Of a stretch of DNA of 64,000 bases, positions 1 to 12,850 are shown in pieces. This DNA comes from Gracilinanus agilis. Lineage: Eukaryota. The notes under the pieces are model-generated. The model saw only the letters and a list, made by a program, of their open reading frames with translations. It had not been told where the DNA came from and made no database searches. Each line of letters begins with the position of its first letter. The first letter of the stretch is position 1. The stretch spans positions 646,539,319-646,603,318 of the forward strand of contig NC_058132.1 of assembly GCF_016433145.1 (NCBI RefSeq), written 5' to 3'. Position numbers and translations under genes: made by a program.

Positions 1-421
1 AGATAATATTAAGAGAAATGGAAAAACAGACAAAATGGAGTAAATTTATATTTCATAAAGAAGCGCATGGGGTGAACAGGAGAGAAGACCAATACAATGG
101 AAGGGTAAAGAGGTTGGAGAACAGAAACACCTAATTCTTAAGTGCATTGAAATTAACTTTGAAAGGGAAGAAAAATCAGATCCATTGGGGCAGAGAACTG
201 ATTTGTGCCCTATAGAAAAGTAGAAGGATAACAAACAGACTGGAAGGGAGGGAAGCAATACTGGGGGGGGGCAGGTACCTTTAAAGAACAGTAAGAGGAG
301 AATAAGAAGGGAGAGGGGAGAAACGGAAGTACAATTAGGGAGGGAACTGATTAAAAATAAAACACTGTTATAGAAGGAAATAGTGAAAGAAGAAAGGGCA
401 AGACAAGGAGAGGTAATCAAA

Positions 422-3400
422 AGGTCTGGGAATACACAGTTGATAATTATAACTCTGAATGTGAATGGGATGAACTTGCCCATAAAATAGAAGCAAATAT
501 CAGAGTGGATTAGAAACCAAAATCCTATCATATGTTGTCTACAAGAAACATACATGAGACAGGTAGACATACATAGAATAAAAATAAAAAGCTAGAGCAA
601 AATCTATTGGGCTTTAACTGAGAAAAAGAAGGCAGGAGCTGCAATCATGATTTCTAATGAAGCCAAAGTAAAAATAGATATGTTTAAAAGAGATAGGAAA
701 GGTAATTATATTCTGATAAAAGGCAGTATAAACAATGAAGAAATAGCAGTATTTGACATGTATGCACCAAATGGTATAGCATCTAAATTTCTAAAGGAGA
801 AACTGGCAATGATCAAGGAGGAAATAGATAACAAAACTATACTACTGGGTGACCTCAACCTTTCCCCCTCAGATCTAGGTAAATCAAACCAAAAAATAAA
901 TAAGAAAGAGATAGGAGAGGTGAATGAAATTCTAGAAAAATTAGAGTTAACAGATATATGGAGAAAAAGAAAGAGGGACAAAAAGGAATACACCTTCTTT
1001 TCAGCAGCACATGGAAGATTCACAAAGATTGACCATGTATTAAGGCATAAAAACATGGCAAACAAATGCAAAAAAGCAGAAATAATAAATGCAACCTTAT
1101 CAGATCATAATGCAATAAAAAGAGTAATTAGCAAGGATACATGGAGAGGCAAACCAAAAACTAATGGGAAATTAAATAATATGATTCTCCAAAATAAGTT
1201 AGTGAAAGAAAAAATCGCAGTAATAATTAATAATTTCTTTGAAGACAATGAAAATGATGAGACTTCTTACCAAAACCTATGGGATACAGCCAAAGCAGTT
1301 CTAAGGGGAAAATTTATATCCTTGAGTGCATATATTAACAGATTAGGGAGGGCAGAGGTTAATGAATTGGGCATGTAACTTTAAAAATTAGAAAGTGAAC
1401 AAATTAAAAATCCTCAGATGAAAACTAAATTAGAAATACTAAAAATCAGAGAAATTAATAAAATCAAAAGTAAAAGAACTATTGAATTAATGAATAAGAC
1501 TAGAAGCAAGTATTTTGAAAAAAACAGATAAAAGAGACAAAGCACTGGAAATCTAATTAAAAAGGAAAGAAGAAAACCTAATTAACAGTATCAAAGATGA
1601 AAAGGGAAACCTCACCTCTAATGAAGAGGAAATTAAGACATTCATTAAAAAATATTTTGCCCAATTATATGGAAATAAATATGGCAATCTAGGTGATATG
1701 GATGAATATTTACAAAAAATATAATTAACAGAAGAGGAAATAGAATACTTAAATAATTCAATATCAGAAAAAGAATTAAACACACCATCAAAGAGCTCCC
1801 TAAGAAAAAAATCACCAAGGCCTGATGGATTCTCTAGTGAATTCTATCAAACTTATTCAAAGAACAAATAATCCCAATACTATATAAATTTGACATAATA
1901 AGCAAAGAAGGAGTTCTACCAAATTCCTTTCATGACACTAATATGGTACTGATTCCAAAACCAGGCAGACCAAAAACAGAGAAAGAAAACTATAGACCAA
2001 TTTCCCTAATGAACATAGATGCAAAAATCTCAAATAGAATACTAGCAAAAAGACTATAGCAAGTGATCAAAAGGGTTATCCATCATGATCAGTTGGGATT
2101 AATACCAGGAATGCAAAGATGGTTCAACATTAGGAAAACCATCCACATAATTGACCATATCAACAGTCTAACAAACAAAAATCACATGATTATCTCAATA
2201 GATGCTGAAAAAGCCTTTGACAAAATACAGCATCTATTCCTATTGAAAACATTGAAAAGTATAGAAATAGAAGGACCCTTCCTAAAAATAATAAACAATA
2301 TATACCTAAAACCATCAACAAGCATTATATGCAATGGGGATAAATTAGAAGCCTTCCCAATAAGATCAGGAGTGAAACAAGGATGCCCATTATCACCTCT
2401 ATTCAACATTGTACTAGAAATACTAGCAGTAGCAATTAGAGAAGAAAAAGAAATTGAAGGTATTAAAATAGGCAATGAGGAGACCAAGCTATCACTCTTT
2501 GCAGATGATATGATAGTCTACTTAAAAAATCCTAGAGAATCAACTAAAAGGCTAATGGAAATAATCAACAACTTTAGCAAAGTGGCAGGATACAAAATAC
2601 GTGCACATAAATCATTTCCATATATTTACAACACATCTCAGCAGCAAGAGTTACAAAGAGAAACACTTTTTAAAATCACCTTAGACAATATAAAATACTT
2701 GGGAATCTATCTGCCAAAAACCACAGTAATTATATTAACACAACTACAAAACACTTTCCAAACAATTAAAACTAGATCTAAACAATTGGCAAAACATTGA
2801 CTGCTCATGGGTAGGATGAGCTAACATAATAAAAATGACCATTCTGCCCAAATTAATTTACTTATTTAGTGCCACACCCATCAAACTACCAAGAAACTTT
2901 TTTACTGAATTAGAAAAAAACTATTACAAAGTTCATTAGGAAGAACAAAAGATCAAGAATATCAAGGGAAATAATGGAAAAAAAATGTGAAGGAAGGTGG
3001 TCTAGCAGTACCTACGCTGTACTATAAAGCAGTGGTCATCAAAACAATATGGCCCTGGCTAAGAGACAGAAGGGTGGATCAGTGGAATAGATTTGGGGTA
3101 AATGATGTCAGCAAGACAGTCTATGATAAACCCAAAGACCCCAACTTTGGGGACAAAAATCCACTATTTGACAAAAACTGCTGGGAAAATTGGAAAACAG
3201 TATGAGAGAGATTAGGTTTAGATCAACATCTCACACCCTTCACCAAGATAAATTCAGGGGCAGCTGGGTAGCTCAGTGGATTGAGAATCAGGCCTAGAGA
3301 TGGGAGGTCCTGGGTTCAAATCCGGCCTCAGACACTTCCCAGCTGTGTGACCCTGGGCAAGTCACTTGACCCCCATTGCTCACCCTTACCACTCTCTTCC

Positions 3401-4410
3401 ACTTAGGAACCAAAACACAGAAGTTAAGGGTTAAAAAAACCAATTTAAAAAAAAGGTAAATTCAGAATGGGTGAATGACTTGAATATAAAGAAGGAAACT
3501 GTAAGTAAATTAAGTGAACACATAATAGTATACTTGTCAGATCTCTGGGAAAGGAAAGATTTTAAGACCAAGAAAGAGTTAGAAAAAAATTACAAAATGT
3601 AAAATAAATAATTTTGATCATATTAAATTTAAAAGTTTTTGTACAAACAAAAACAATGCAACCAAAATCAGAAGAGAAACAACAAGCTAGGAAAAAAATC
3701 TTTATAACAAAAAACTCTGAAAGAGGTCTAATTACTCAAATATACAAGGAGCTAAATTAATTGTATAAAAAATCAAGCCATCCCCCAATTGATAAATGGG
3801 CAAGGAACATGAATAGGCAATTTTCAGATAAAGAAATCAAAAGTATCAATAAGCACATGAGAAAGTGTTCTAAATCTTTAATAATTAGAGAAATGCAAAT
3901 CAAAACAACTCTGAAGTATCACTTCACTCCTAGCAGTTTGGCTAAAATGACAGCAGGGGAGAGCAATGATTGCTGGAGGGGATGTGGCAAAATTGGGACA
4001 TTAATGCATTGCTGGTGGAGTTGTGAACTGATCCAACCATCCTGGATGGCAATTTGGAACTATGCTCAAAGGGCTATAAAAAAAATGCCTGCCCTTTGAT
4101 CCAGTCATACCATTGTTGGGTTTGTACCCCAAAGAGATCATAGACAAACAGACTTGTACGAAAATATTTATAGCTGTGTTTTTGTGGTGGCAAAAAATTT
4201 GAAAATGAGGGTATGCCCTTCAATTGGGGAATGGCTGAACAAATTGTATCTGTTAGTGATGGAATACTATTGTGTTACAAGAAATAATGAACTGGAGGAA
4301 TTCCATGTGAACTGGAATGACCTCCAGGAATTTATGAAGAGTGAAAGGAGCAGAACCAGGAAAACTTCATGAACAGAGCTGGATACACTGTGCCACAATC
4401 TAATGCAATG
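422..4410 (+). pseudogene. Disrupted L1 ORF2p (APE endonuclease + reverse transcriptase)
   Basis: Translates as IITLNVNG..CCLQET (from 437), GDLNL, FTKIDH and SDHNAI. RT motifs [23 protein letters not shown] and LFADDM lie in 2063-2800, and CWRGCG lies near 3970. Many stops and frameshifts plus a SINE insertion; the probable start codon reads AGG. Confidence 0.95.
3258..3452 (+). mobile_element. SINE1_Mdo-like tRNA-derived CORE SINE inserted in L1 ORF2
   Basis: GGGGCAGCTGGGTAGCTCAGTGG head, B-box GGTTCAAATCC and A-tail. TSD aagataaattcag (3245-3257) / aaggtaaattcag (3453-3465). Confidence 0.93.
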
Positions 4411-5042
4411 GACTTCTCTACTAGCAGCAATACAATAATCCAGGACAATTCTGAGAGACCTATGAGAAAGAACACTATCCACATCCAGAGAAAGAACTGT
4501 GAGAGTAGAAACACAGAAGAAAAACAACTGCTTGATCACATGGTTTGATGGGGATATGATCAGGGATGTAGACTCTAAAGGATCACCCTAATGCAAATAT
4601 CAATAATATGGAAATAGGTCTTGATTATTGATTGATTAATCAATGATTAATTGACTATGGGGTGGGGGTTCGGGTGGGGGTGAGGAGGGGCAGGAATGAA
4701 CATGAATCATGTAACCATGGAAAAATATTCTAAATCAATTAATTAAATAAAAATTTTCAAATTAAAAAAAGTGATCATGCTCCACCTAACAGAGTTCTCA
4801 GAAGGGAAATGGAACAATGTATTCCAAGAAGCTCAAGAACTCGAAATACAGGGTAATATAGTCTGAAAAGCAGAGCAAAGTCACTAATGAAAATTAATGG
4901 ATGTCCAATTAAAACAAGCATTTCAAACATTTCTAGAAAGAAAAGTAGATGAGAGTAAAATATGTTTTTAAGCACTTAAAACAGAAATACAATAACATAA
5001 ATAAGTAGAATTACCAAGTGAGAAATTATAGGAGAATTGATG

Positions 5043-5275
5043 AGAAGTGGAGAGAGTGCCAGACCTGAAACCAGGAAGACTCATCTTCTTGAGTTAAAAT
5101 CTGGCCAAAGATTCTTCCTTGCTTTGTCAACCTGGGTGAGTCATTAACTCTATTTCCCTCATTTTCTTAATCTGTAAAATGAACTGGAAAAGAAATTGGC
5201 AAACCACTTCATTTTTTGACAAGACAACTCCAAATAGAGTCATAAAAATTCACGCATGACTGAAAAACATTAAAA
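5043..5275 (+). mobile_element. MAR1-like CORE SINE
   Basis: 'caggaagactcatcttcttgagtt...ctgtaaaatgaactggaaaagaaattggcaaaccac...gacaagacaactccaaatagagtca' resembles the MAR1 body. Confidence 0.8.
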
Positions 5276-5517
5276 AAGAAAGGTACCCTAAAATCTTTAA
5301 TCCAATGAAGAATACAAAAAGTAAATGACTTAAAAAGTAAAAGGGTCATGAAGCCAATAAATATATGAATAAAAGTCTAGAGTAGTCTGAAAGGAAAATA
5401 AATAATGAAATGGATAAGAGAATAAATTGTTCTTTTAGTAAAAGGTGAAGAAAATGAAACCTTACAATCTAACAAACAAAATAGTTTTATGGACAGGAAA
5501 TCAAGTAGTATTTTTCT

Positions 5518-6824
5518 TTTTTTTTAAATTTAGAGTATTTTCTATGGTTACATGATTCATGATTCCCCCACACACACCTCTTGACTCCCCCTTCCCAGAG
5601 GTGACAAGCAATTCCACTGGGTCATACATGGATGATTGTTCAAAACCTATTTCTATGTTTTTCATATTGTAGAAGAATGATCTTTTAACATCAAAACCCT
5701 AATCAAATCTCTATCGAACCATGTGAACGATCATGTTTTGCTTCTATATTTCTGTTCCCATGGTTCTTTCTCTGTATGTGGATAGAGTTTTTTTTTTTTT
5801 TTCATAAGTCCCTCAGAGTTGTCCTGGATCATTGCATTGCTGCTAGTAGAAAAGTCCATTACATTCAATTCTGCTAGAACGTATCAGTCTCTATACAATG
5901 TTCTCCTGGTTCTGCTCCTTTCTCTCTACATCCATTCCTGGAGGTCATTCCAGTTCACATGGGATTCCTCCAGTTCATCATTCCTTTCAGCACAATAGTA
6001 TTCCATCACCATCAGATACCACAATTTGTTCAGCCATTCCTCAATCAATTTTTTGCCACCACAAAAAGAGTGGCTATAAATATTTTTGTACAAGTATTTT
6101 TCTTTATTATTTCTTTGGGGTACAAACCCAGCAGTGGTATGACTGGGTCAAAGGGTAGACATTCTTTTAAAGCCCTTTGGGCATAGTTTCGAATTGCCCT
6201 CCAGAATGGTTGAACCAATTCACAACTCCACCAGCAGTGTATTTAATGTCCCAATTTTGCTACATCCCCTCCAGCATTTATCACTTTCCTTTTCTGCCAT
6301 ATTGGCCACTCCAATAGGTATAAGGTGATACCTCAGAGTTGTTTTAATATGCATTCCTCTAATCAGGAGGGATTTAGAACACTTTTTCATGTGCTTATTT
6401 TTTTTTATTTCATTATGTGAAAACTGCCTCTTCATGTCCCTTGACCTTTTGTTGATCAGGGAATGGCTTGGTTTTTTTGTAAATTTGATTTAGTTCCTTA
6501 CATATTTGGGAAATTTAACATTTTTCAGAGAGTGTTGTTATGAAAATGTTCTCCAAGTTTGTTGCTTTCCTTCTAATTTTGGTTGCATTGGTTTTATTTC
6601 TACAAAACCTTTTTAATTTGATGTAATCAAAGTCATTCATTTTACATTTTGTAATGTTCTCTATCTCTTGCTTGGTCTTAAATTCCTTCTTTTCCCACAG
6701 ATCTGACACATATACTATTCTATGTTCACCTAATTTATTTATGATTTCACTCTTTACATTTAAATCATTTACCCATTTTTAATTTATATTGATATAGGGT
6801 GAAAGATGTTGATATTAACCTAAT
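5518..6824 (-). mobile_element. 5'-truncated L1 (ORF2 3' end + 3'UTR)
   Basis: T-tract at left, then L1 3'UTR and ORF2 C-terminus on the minus strand (CWRGCSKIG in ORF 6220-6435). TSD aagtagtatttttct (5503-5517) / aagtagtgtttttct (6825-6839). Confidence 0.93.
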
Positions 6825-8643
6825 AAGTAGTGTTTTTCTAAACTATATATCCGAGAGGATAAAAAGAATGGTAGAATTGAATAACTAGAGGAAAATAGGG
6901 AGGAAAAGGAACTAAACTGGTAAGCCAAACTTTAAAACTAAATGTTTACAAATGGGAAGAATAGGGCATGGCTTGAGGGTTAGGGAAAGAGAGCCAGTAG
7001 GACTAAGATTTTCTTAAACCATATTAAGCTAAGAGATAAAGTATAATTTTCTTTTTCAGAAATATATTTCACATATATGTTTATTTCATATAACATATAT
7101 ACATGCATACAGAAACATACATACACACATATATTTATGAATGTGTATATGCATTTGTATAGTATTTCCTAATATTAAAAATTAAATTCCTAAAATTAAA
7201 TATTAAATGGACTAAACATCAAATAAAATTTTAAATAATAATAGGTTTAATGAGAAATCAAACCTCCATAATATGTTGCACAAAAATATCAGAAATGAAG
7301 CCTTTTAAAGAAAAAAAATGAGGTGTCAGAATCCAGTTTATTAAGAGTTGGTGGATTTTCTTTTTTAAGTAGGAGTTGTGATCATGCAATTAGACATTCA
7401 TATTAAAAAGAGAAACAAGGAAACTACAACATACTGAAAAGAACCATAAACAAGTCAATATCATTATAAAATGTAGAGGCTTTAAATACTTTAGCATCTA
7501 ATTTCGTACAGGAAAAATTAAGGACCACAAGCCATAGGCACGTGTGCATTACTGAGATAAGAGTTGTATCTTTCTTTCAGTTTTATGGAAGGGTATCAGA
7601 GAGATTAGCAAAATGTAAAACAGAAATTGGACTGATGTAGAAATTCAAACTCAAAGATTAATAGTATCCTTGAAATAATAATGTTAAGAATAAATATATT
7701 TCTCACCACATTATCAAGCTTTAACAAATTCTGACTGTGTATTAGGACACAGACATTGCAATAATTATGAAAAGACCAAAATTGTAAAACTTCTCCTTTG
7801 TAGATTATAAGGAAAAGGGAAATAGTAATCGTTTCAGAGAGCAAAAACAGATATCCAAATGGAGACTTAACTATGAAATTATAAATAATGAGTTGGTCAA
7901 TAAAAAATCATAGAAACCATCACTAGTTACATAAAAATAAATGATAATGATGAAGGAATATACCAATTTTTTTATATATGCAGTCAAAGCAGGATACATG
8001 AGAAAACATATACTCCTTAAAAATCCATGAAAAAAGGAAAGGATTAATGAAATGAATATTCTTTAAAATGAGAAATCTCAAAAAAATAAACAAATCTAAG
8101 ATTTGCCCAATAGAGGAGATATTAATAATTAGAGGAAAAAGCAATAAGAAATTTCAAAATAACTAGAAATGATAAAAATAATAAGGCTGGTTCATGGGAA
8201 AGACTGCTAAAATCGATAATTAAAAACCAATCTGATAAAAAGAAGGGTGTAGAAAATCAAGGACAAAGTGAAATCACAACAAAACTAGAAGAAATCAAAA
8301 TAATTATCAGAACCTATTATCAGCAGTTATATATTAGCAAAATTGAGAAATTTTAAAATATCTTCAAACACATAAAATATACAAATTAACAGAAGGTTAA
8401 GTAGAGATCTTAAATAATATTATCTCACAGAAAAAGTCTATAATTAGCAGTAAAATAACTACCAAAAAGAAGAGGGGGAAAAATCCTTCAAGAAGAGAAA
8501 ATTGAGTGGAATTCTATTGAAAGCTTTCCTGTGAATCAATTTTGGTTGCCATTTTAGAAAGCAATTTGGAGGAAATAAAGAGGCTACAATGTCCACACAT
8601 TTGAAAACAAACAAATTGTGGGACATTATTAAATATGTCCATC

Positions 8644-9058
8644 ATTTTCCTTATACACAGAGACTGATACACTGTGTCACAATTGAATGTAAGGGACTTC
8701 TCTACTAGCAGCAGTGCAATGGCCCAGGACAATTCTGAAGGACTTATGAGAAAAAATACTATTACATCCAGAGAAAGAATTGTGGGAGCAGAAACACAGG
8801 AGAAAAACAGTTGCTTGATCACATGGGTTGATGGCGATATAATTGGGGATGTAGACTCTAAGCAATCACCCTAATGCAAATATTAATAATATGGAAATAA
8901 GTCTTCATTAATGACATATGTAAAACCCAGGGGAATTGCCCGTTAGCTACAGAAGGTAGGTAGAAGGAGAGGAGGGAAAGAACCTGAATCAAGTAACCAT
9001 GGAAAAATTCTCTTAATTAATCAATTAAATAATTTTTTTTCAAATTAAAAAAATAAAT
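8644..9058 (+). mobile_element. Short 5'-truncated L1 3'UTR insertion
   Basis: Same 3'UTR type as 4380-4770. TSD aaatatgtccatc (8631-8643) / aaatgtgtccatc (9059-9071). Confidence 0.9.
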
Positions 9059-9482
9059 AAATGTGTCCATCTGTTAAGAAATTATAAATGTTGTGAATAT
9101 AGAAAATCATGGAAAGATCTGTACTAACTGATGAAGAATGGAGGAGAGTCAAGAAATTAGTGCTTGCACTAACTACAAAAAGGTAATATAAAAATCAACT
9201 ACGTATATGTAAATCATAAGTGAATGTTGAAGAATTCCAAAAACAAATCAAAGCTCCAACAAAAAAGGTTTCAGAAGACACCCCAGTCCTTTGTAGACAT
9301 AAGAGGTGCACAAATGTATTTTGCTCATTATTTAAGACCTTTTTTAATGTATTTGTCAGTTTTGCTTAATTTTTCTCTTATGTTCCTTTTCTTTCACCTT
9401 TAAAATTTATTATTTGTTCTGAAAAGGCTTTCTGAGAGAAGAAGAATTAAAGATCCTGGAACAATTATGGTGATTTCCTTTT

Positions 9483-9735
9483 TTTTTTTTTTAACCCTTG
9501 TACTTCGGTGTATTGTCTCATAGGTGGAAGAGTGCTAAGGGTATGTTTTTTTTTTTTTTTTTAACCCTTGTGCTTTGGTGTATTTCTCATAGGTGGAAGA
9601 TTGGTAAGGGTGGGCAATGGGGGTCAAGTGACTTGCCCAGGGTCACACAGCTGGGAAGTGGCTGAGGCTGGATTTGAACCTAGGACCTCCTGTCTCTAGG
9701 CCTGACTCTCACTCCACTGAGCTACCCAGCTGCCC
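9483..9735 (-). mobile_element. Full-length SINE1_Mdo-like SINE plus a second 3' SINE fragment in tandem
   Basis: Full copy at 9546-9735 and tail fragment at about 9483-9542. One TSD, gtgatttcctttt (9470-9482 / 9737-9749). Confidence 0.93.
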
Positions 9736-10379
9736 AGTGATTTCCTTTTGAAGGCAAACAATAGCTTATTTTTTAAAAAGTGATGTAGAAAAAATTAAGA
9801 AAATTGATTTGGCAATTAGCGGAAGATGAATGAGAGAAGAATGAAAGAGATAGGAGAACCAGTTATTAGGCTACTGTGGTAAACCAGGTGACAGGAAATG
9901 GGGTTTTGACCCAGGAGAGTGGCAAAGAAAAGTTTCCTAAAAGCATCAGTGATTGATAGAAAAGATTTAGGAAGAGTTCTGATGTAAACTAATTACACAC
10001 ACAAACATACACACCAGAATGAGAAATTTTAAGAATTTTTTATTATTGTTTTTGTACAATTGAATATCTCTTGTGATTAAATGCACTCAGTGAGGTTGAT
10101 TTTTTGTGGGTCTGCCAATTCGCTTGTTTATCATGTCATTTATAATTCATTTATTAATTCTTATTTCATAAATAATTTGGAGTTTATGAATAAATAGTTA
10201 GATTTGGGGTTATAAACAAATATTGGCTTGGCACTACTTTTCATTCTTTCTAGAAATCTAGTTCATCCTGATTCCCATGTGCCCAAGGGCCTCTCTGCCA
10301 CAGCTGCCAAGAGCCTTGGCACTAGCACTCCCTGGCCCACCTCCCAGTTACCATTCATCTACTCATTTCCTACTGTCCT

Positions 10380-11810
10380 AAATAATTAATATGTACCTAC
10401 TACGTGCAAGGTGCAGAAAAGTTAGAAAGAGAAGCTCGAGGCAGTCTTCTGAGTCTGATTTTTAATTAGGGATCTGAGAGTTGCCAAATGACTGCCTCGA
10501 AACATAAAAAGAAAGTCTCCCACTCAAGTTCTTTCCAGTTTCCTCACTGTAATGACTTCTCAAAGTTTCTGTCAGAGATCTCCCTGCTTAACCATCCTTA
10601 CCATTTACATATAACCTCCTACTATCTTCAGTGGCTCAGAGTGGGGTCAGAATCCTTTGCCTTTCCCCTATTACAGCTTTAGACGAATGACTCATAAAAT
10701 ATTGTGCAATCTGGGTGTCTGTGTATGGAATCAAAAGGAGACAGTTTGATGTTATGGACGGGGTCTGACCCCCTTGATTTGAAACTGGAACTTTCTTTTA
10801 AAAAGATAGGGCTTCTCTACGACCTTCCATTGGTTTCAACTCCTCTTCTAACAGGAGCCTTGAGATTTCTACAATTTCAGAGTCTACCCACAACTTGAGA
10901 TAAAAAAAAATAGAAGTTTTTTGACTGAGCATCCAGCGCACACAATAGATGATAGAGCCATTAACTGGATTCAGAGAGTGGATGAATTCAAGTCCTGCCT
11001 CTGACTTCTAGTAGTTGTGTGATCTTGGCCAAGTGGATCAATTTCTCACTGTACTAGGCGCTTCTCAAAGGGCTATTTTCTGTTGAGAAGACAAACTATA
11101 TTGATAGAGGGACTTACCTCACCTGGGAGTTCTCTATATCAATGAAATCATAGCAAAATCCAACCCGGATACACCTTGAGAGCAGACACATGCTGAGTTT
11201 TGCTTCTGTACCTGCAATCGCCACCCCATACTGGGTATTTAATAAATACTTATTTAAGAAAGGGTCAATGTAGATAGATGCAATTCTAAAAAGATCACAG
11301 CTTTCTTCACCCTTCAATCTTGTCAAATCAGGCTCTTTGGTGAGCCAACAGGCATGGATTAACCCATTTCTCTGTGCCTTATTAAGCTTTCAGGATGCAA
11401 AGAAAAAGCAGAAAGAAAGACTTCTCTAAAAATGCATTCTAATAGGAGACAAAATGCTAATAACTATGAATATAAAGGATATATAAGGGTTATATGAGGG
11501 ATAAATGGGAGGTCATCAAAGAGAAGACCCTCGTACTAAGGGAAACATTAAAGGCTACTTGTAGAAAGGGACCTTTTAACTAAAACTTGAAGGAAGTCAA
11601 TGAAGCTGAGAAGAGAGGATGAGGAAGGAGATTTGTTCCTGGAATTCCGAGTACCAGGAAAGCTAGTGAAAATGCTCAGTGTCAGGATATGGAATGACCC
11701 ATGTGATACGAAGCAAGGAGACCCGTCTCAGCATAAACCAAGAGAAGGTGATGAGAGGGAGGTGAACTGCCTTGTCTCCAGTCATTGATCCTTGTTTCTT
11801 GGGCTGAGAC
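10380..11810 (-). mobile_element. Cluster of old L2 fragments with a CORE-SINE (about 10,925-11,100)
   Basis: L2-like 'gtacctactacgtgcaaggtgc' (10,393) and 'aaaacttgaaggaagtcaatgaagctgagaagagagg' (11,582). CORE-SINE 'gaattcaagtcctgcctctgacttctagtagttgtgtgatcttgg'. Orientation is mixed. Confidence 0.6.
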
Positions 11811-12479
11811 CCTCGGAAGTGAATGAGAAGGGCACCGGTGAAAAATGCCCTGCGTCAGCCTGTTCACCACTCAAGTAGAATGTTTCTCACATCCAGCCAA
11901 GGGAATAGGTTGAGCCTTAGAACCTACAGACCTTTGGTGACTGTTCTGGGTTCGGGACTCATTTTTTCCCACCACAACTCACATACAGTAGCAATGGGAG
12001 AGGAAATCTGGAGCAAACATAGCTTCAGGACCATGAGTAGTAAAACCTGGTTAAGGAGCAAACCTAATGGAGCTGAGAGTGGCCCTCCAATTCGAGCTCC
12101 AGGGAGCTGGTCTGCTCTCCTTGGCTCTCCTTGATGTGGAATGAGATTTGCTTTGCTCACAGACACACTGCATTAAGTTTGGGCCACAGTCCATTTAGTC
12201 CCATTCGGAAGGAAAGCCGACAGCCTCATTTCTCAGTTCCCTGATTCTCAGTAAGTGCATGGGTAGGAAAGCCTTTTGATTTTAACAGTTAAGCAATGAT
12301 TGCCTTATTCCCCTTGAAGATTAACACAAAATCTTAAGATCTCAGAAATGTAGAGAACCTTAGGCAGAGATATATACAATATGACCTTGGGCTAAGAAGA
12401 CAACCTTTCTGGAGATGCTCCAACCCAGGTCCTCTGGCCTCTGTTTAGCAGACAACACCTTGAATAGTGAGCTCACCAT

Positions 12480-12850
12480 CTCACCAGAGGAGCCATTCCA
12501 TTTCTCCATGATTTTAATTGTTAGGAAAGTTCATTTGTTACTTTATTTTTATTAAATCAAACTTGATCTATTCAACTTTCAACTGTGGCTTCTCCTTCTT
12601 CCCTTTAGAGCCAAACCTCAGAAATGCCTCATTAATTTGGTGACTATTAAGACATTTGAAGGCATATTTCATGAACCAATTAAATTTTCTCTTCTCCAAA
12701 CTAACCATCCCCAAGTATGAAGCCCACTCTCCAATCACTCCATACCCTCAGTCACTTTCCTCTGGAGTTGTTCCAGCTGTGCTCCTGCTAAGCTCTGACC
12801 TCCAGACATCAATATGTCCCTCCAGAGGGGCCTGAACACGATCAAGAGCA
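12480..12850 (-). mobile_element. CR1/L3 LINE 3' fragment
   Basis: 'gccattccatttc...ttaattgttaggaaagttc...ttctcttctccaaactaaccatcccc' resembles antisense L3. Confidence 0.65.

Larger units (their letters stand above)
1..4770 (+). mobile_element. L1 (LINE-1), marsupial type: inter-ORF spacer, ORF2, 3'UTR and A-tail. 5' part lies outside the window.
   Basis: ORF2 endonuclease, RT and C-terminal motifs in order. 3'UTR has a G-rich tract (4659-4690) and ends in an A-rich tail at about 4770. Confidence 0.97.
4771..9470 (+). mobile_element. Ancient, highly diverged L1 scaffold interrupted by younger insertions
   Basis: ORF1 C-terminal-like KWNNVFQEAQELEIQ near 4800-4850. Degenerate ORF2 endonuclease start (NGLN...IICC) near 7200. 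ORF2 C-terminal-like sequence at about 8520-9300. Confidence 0.7.

Noticed and set aside
647-2800. 243-aa and 245-aa ORFs as host genes or an active L1
   Set aside because: They are fragments of one L1 ORF2 broken by stops, frameshifts and a SINE insertion.
3258-3340. tRNA gene calls at SINE heads (A/B-box-like GCTCAGTGG, GGTTCAAATCC)
   Set aside because: These are tRNA-derived SINE promoters; no complete cloverleaf.
12163-12250. Plus-strand exon candidate ending TCA|gtaagt
   Set aside because: Stops in all three frames; at most non-coding and indistinguishable from chance.
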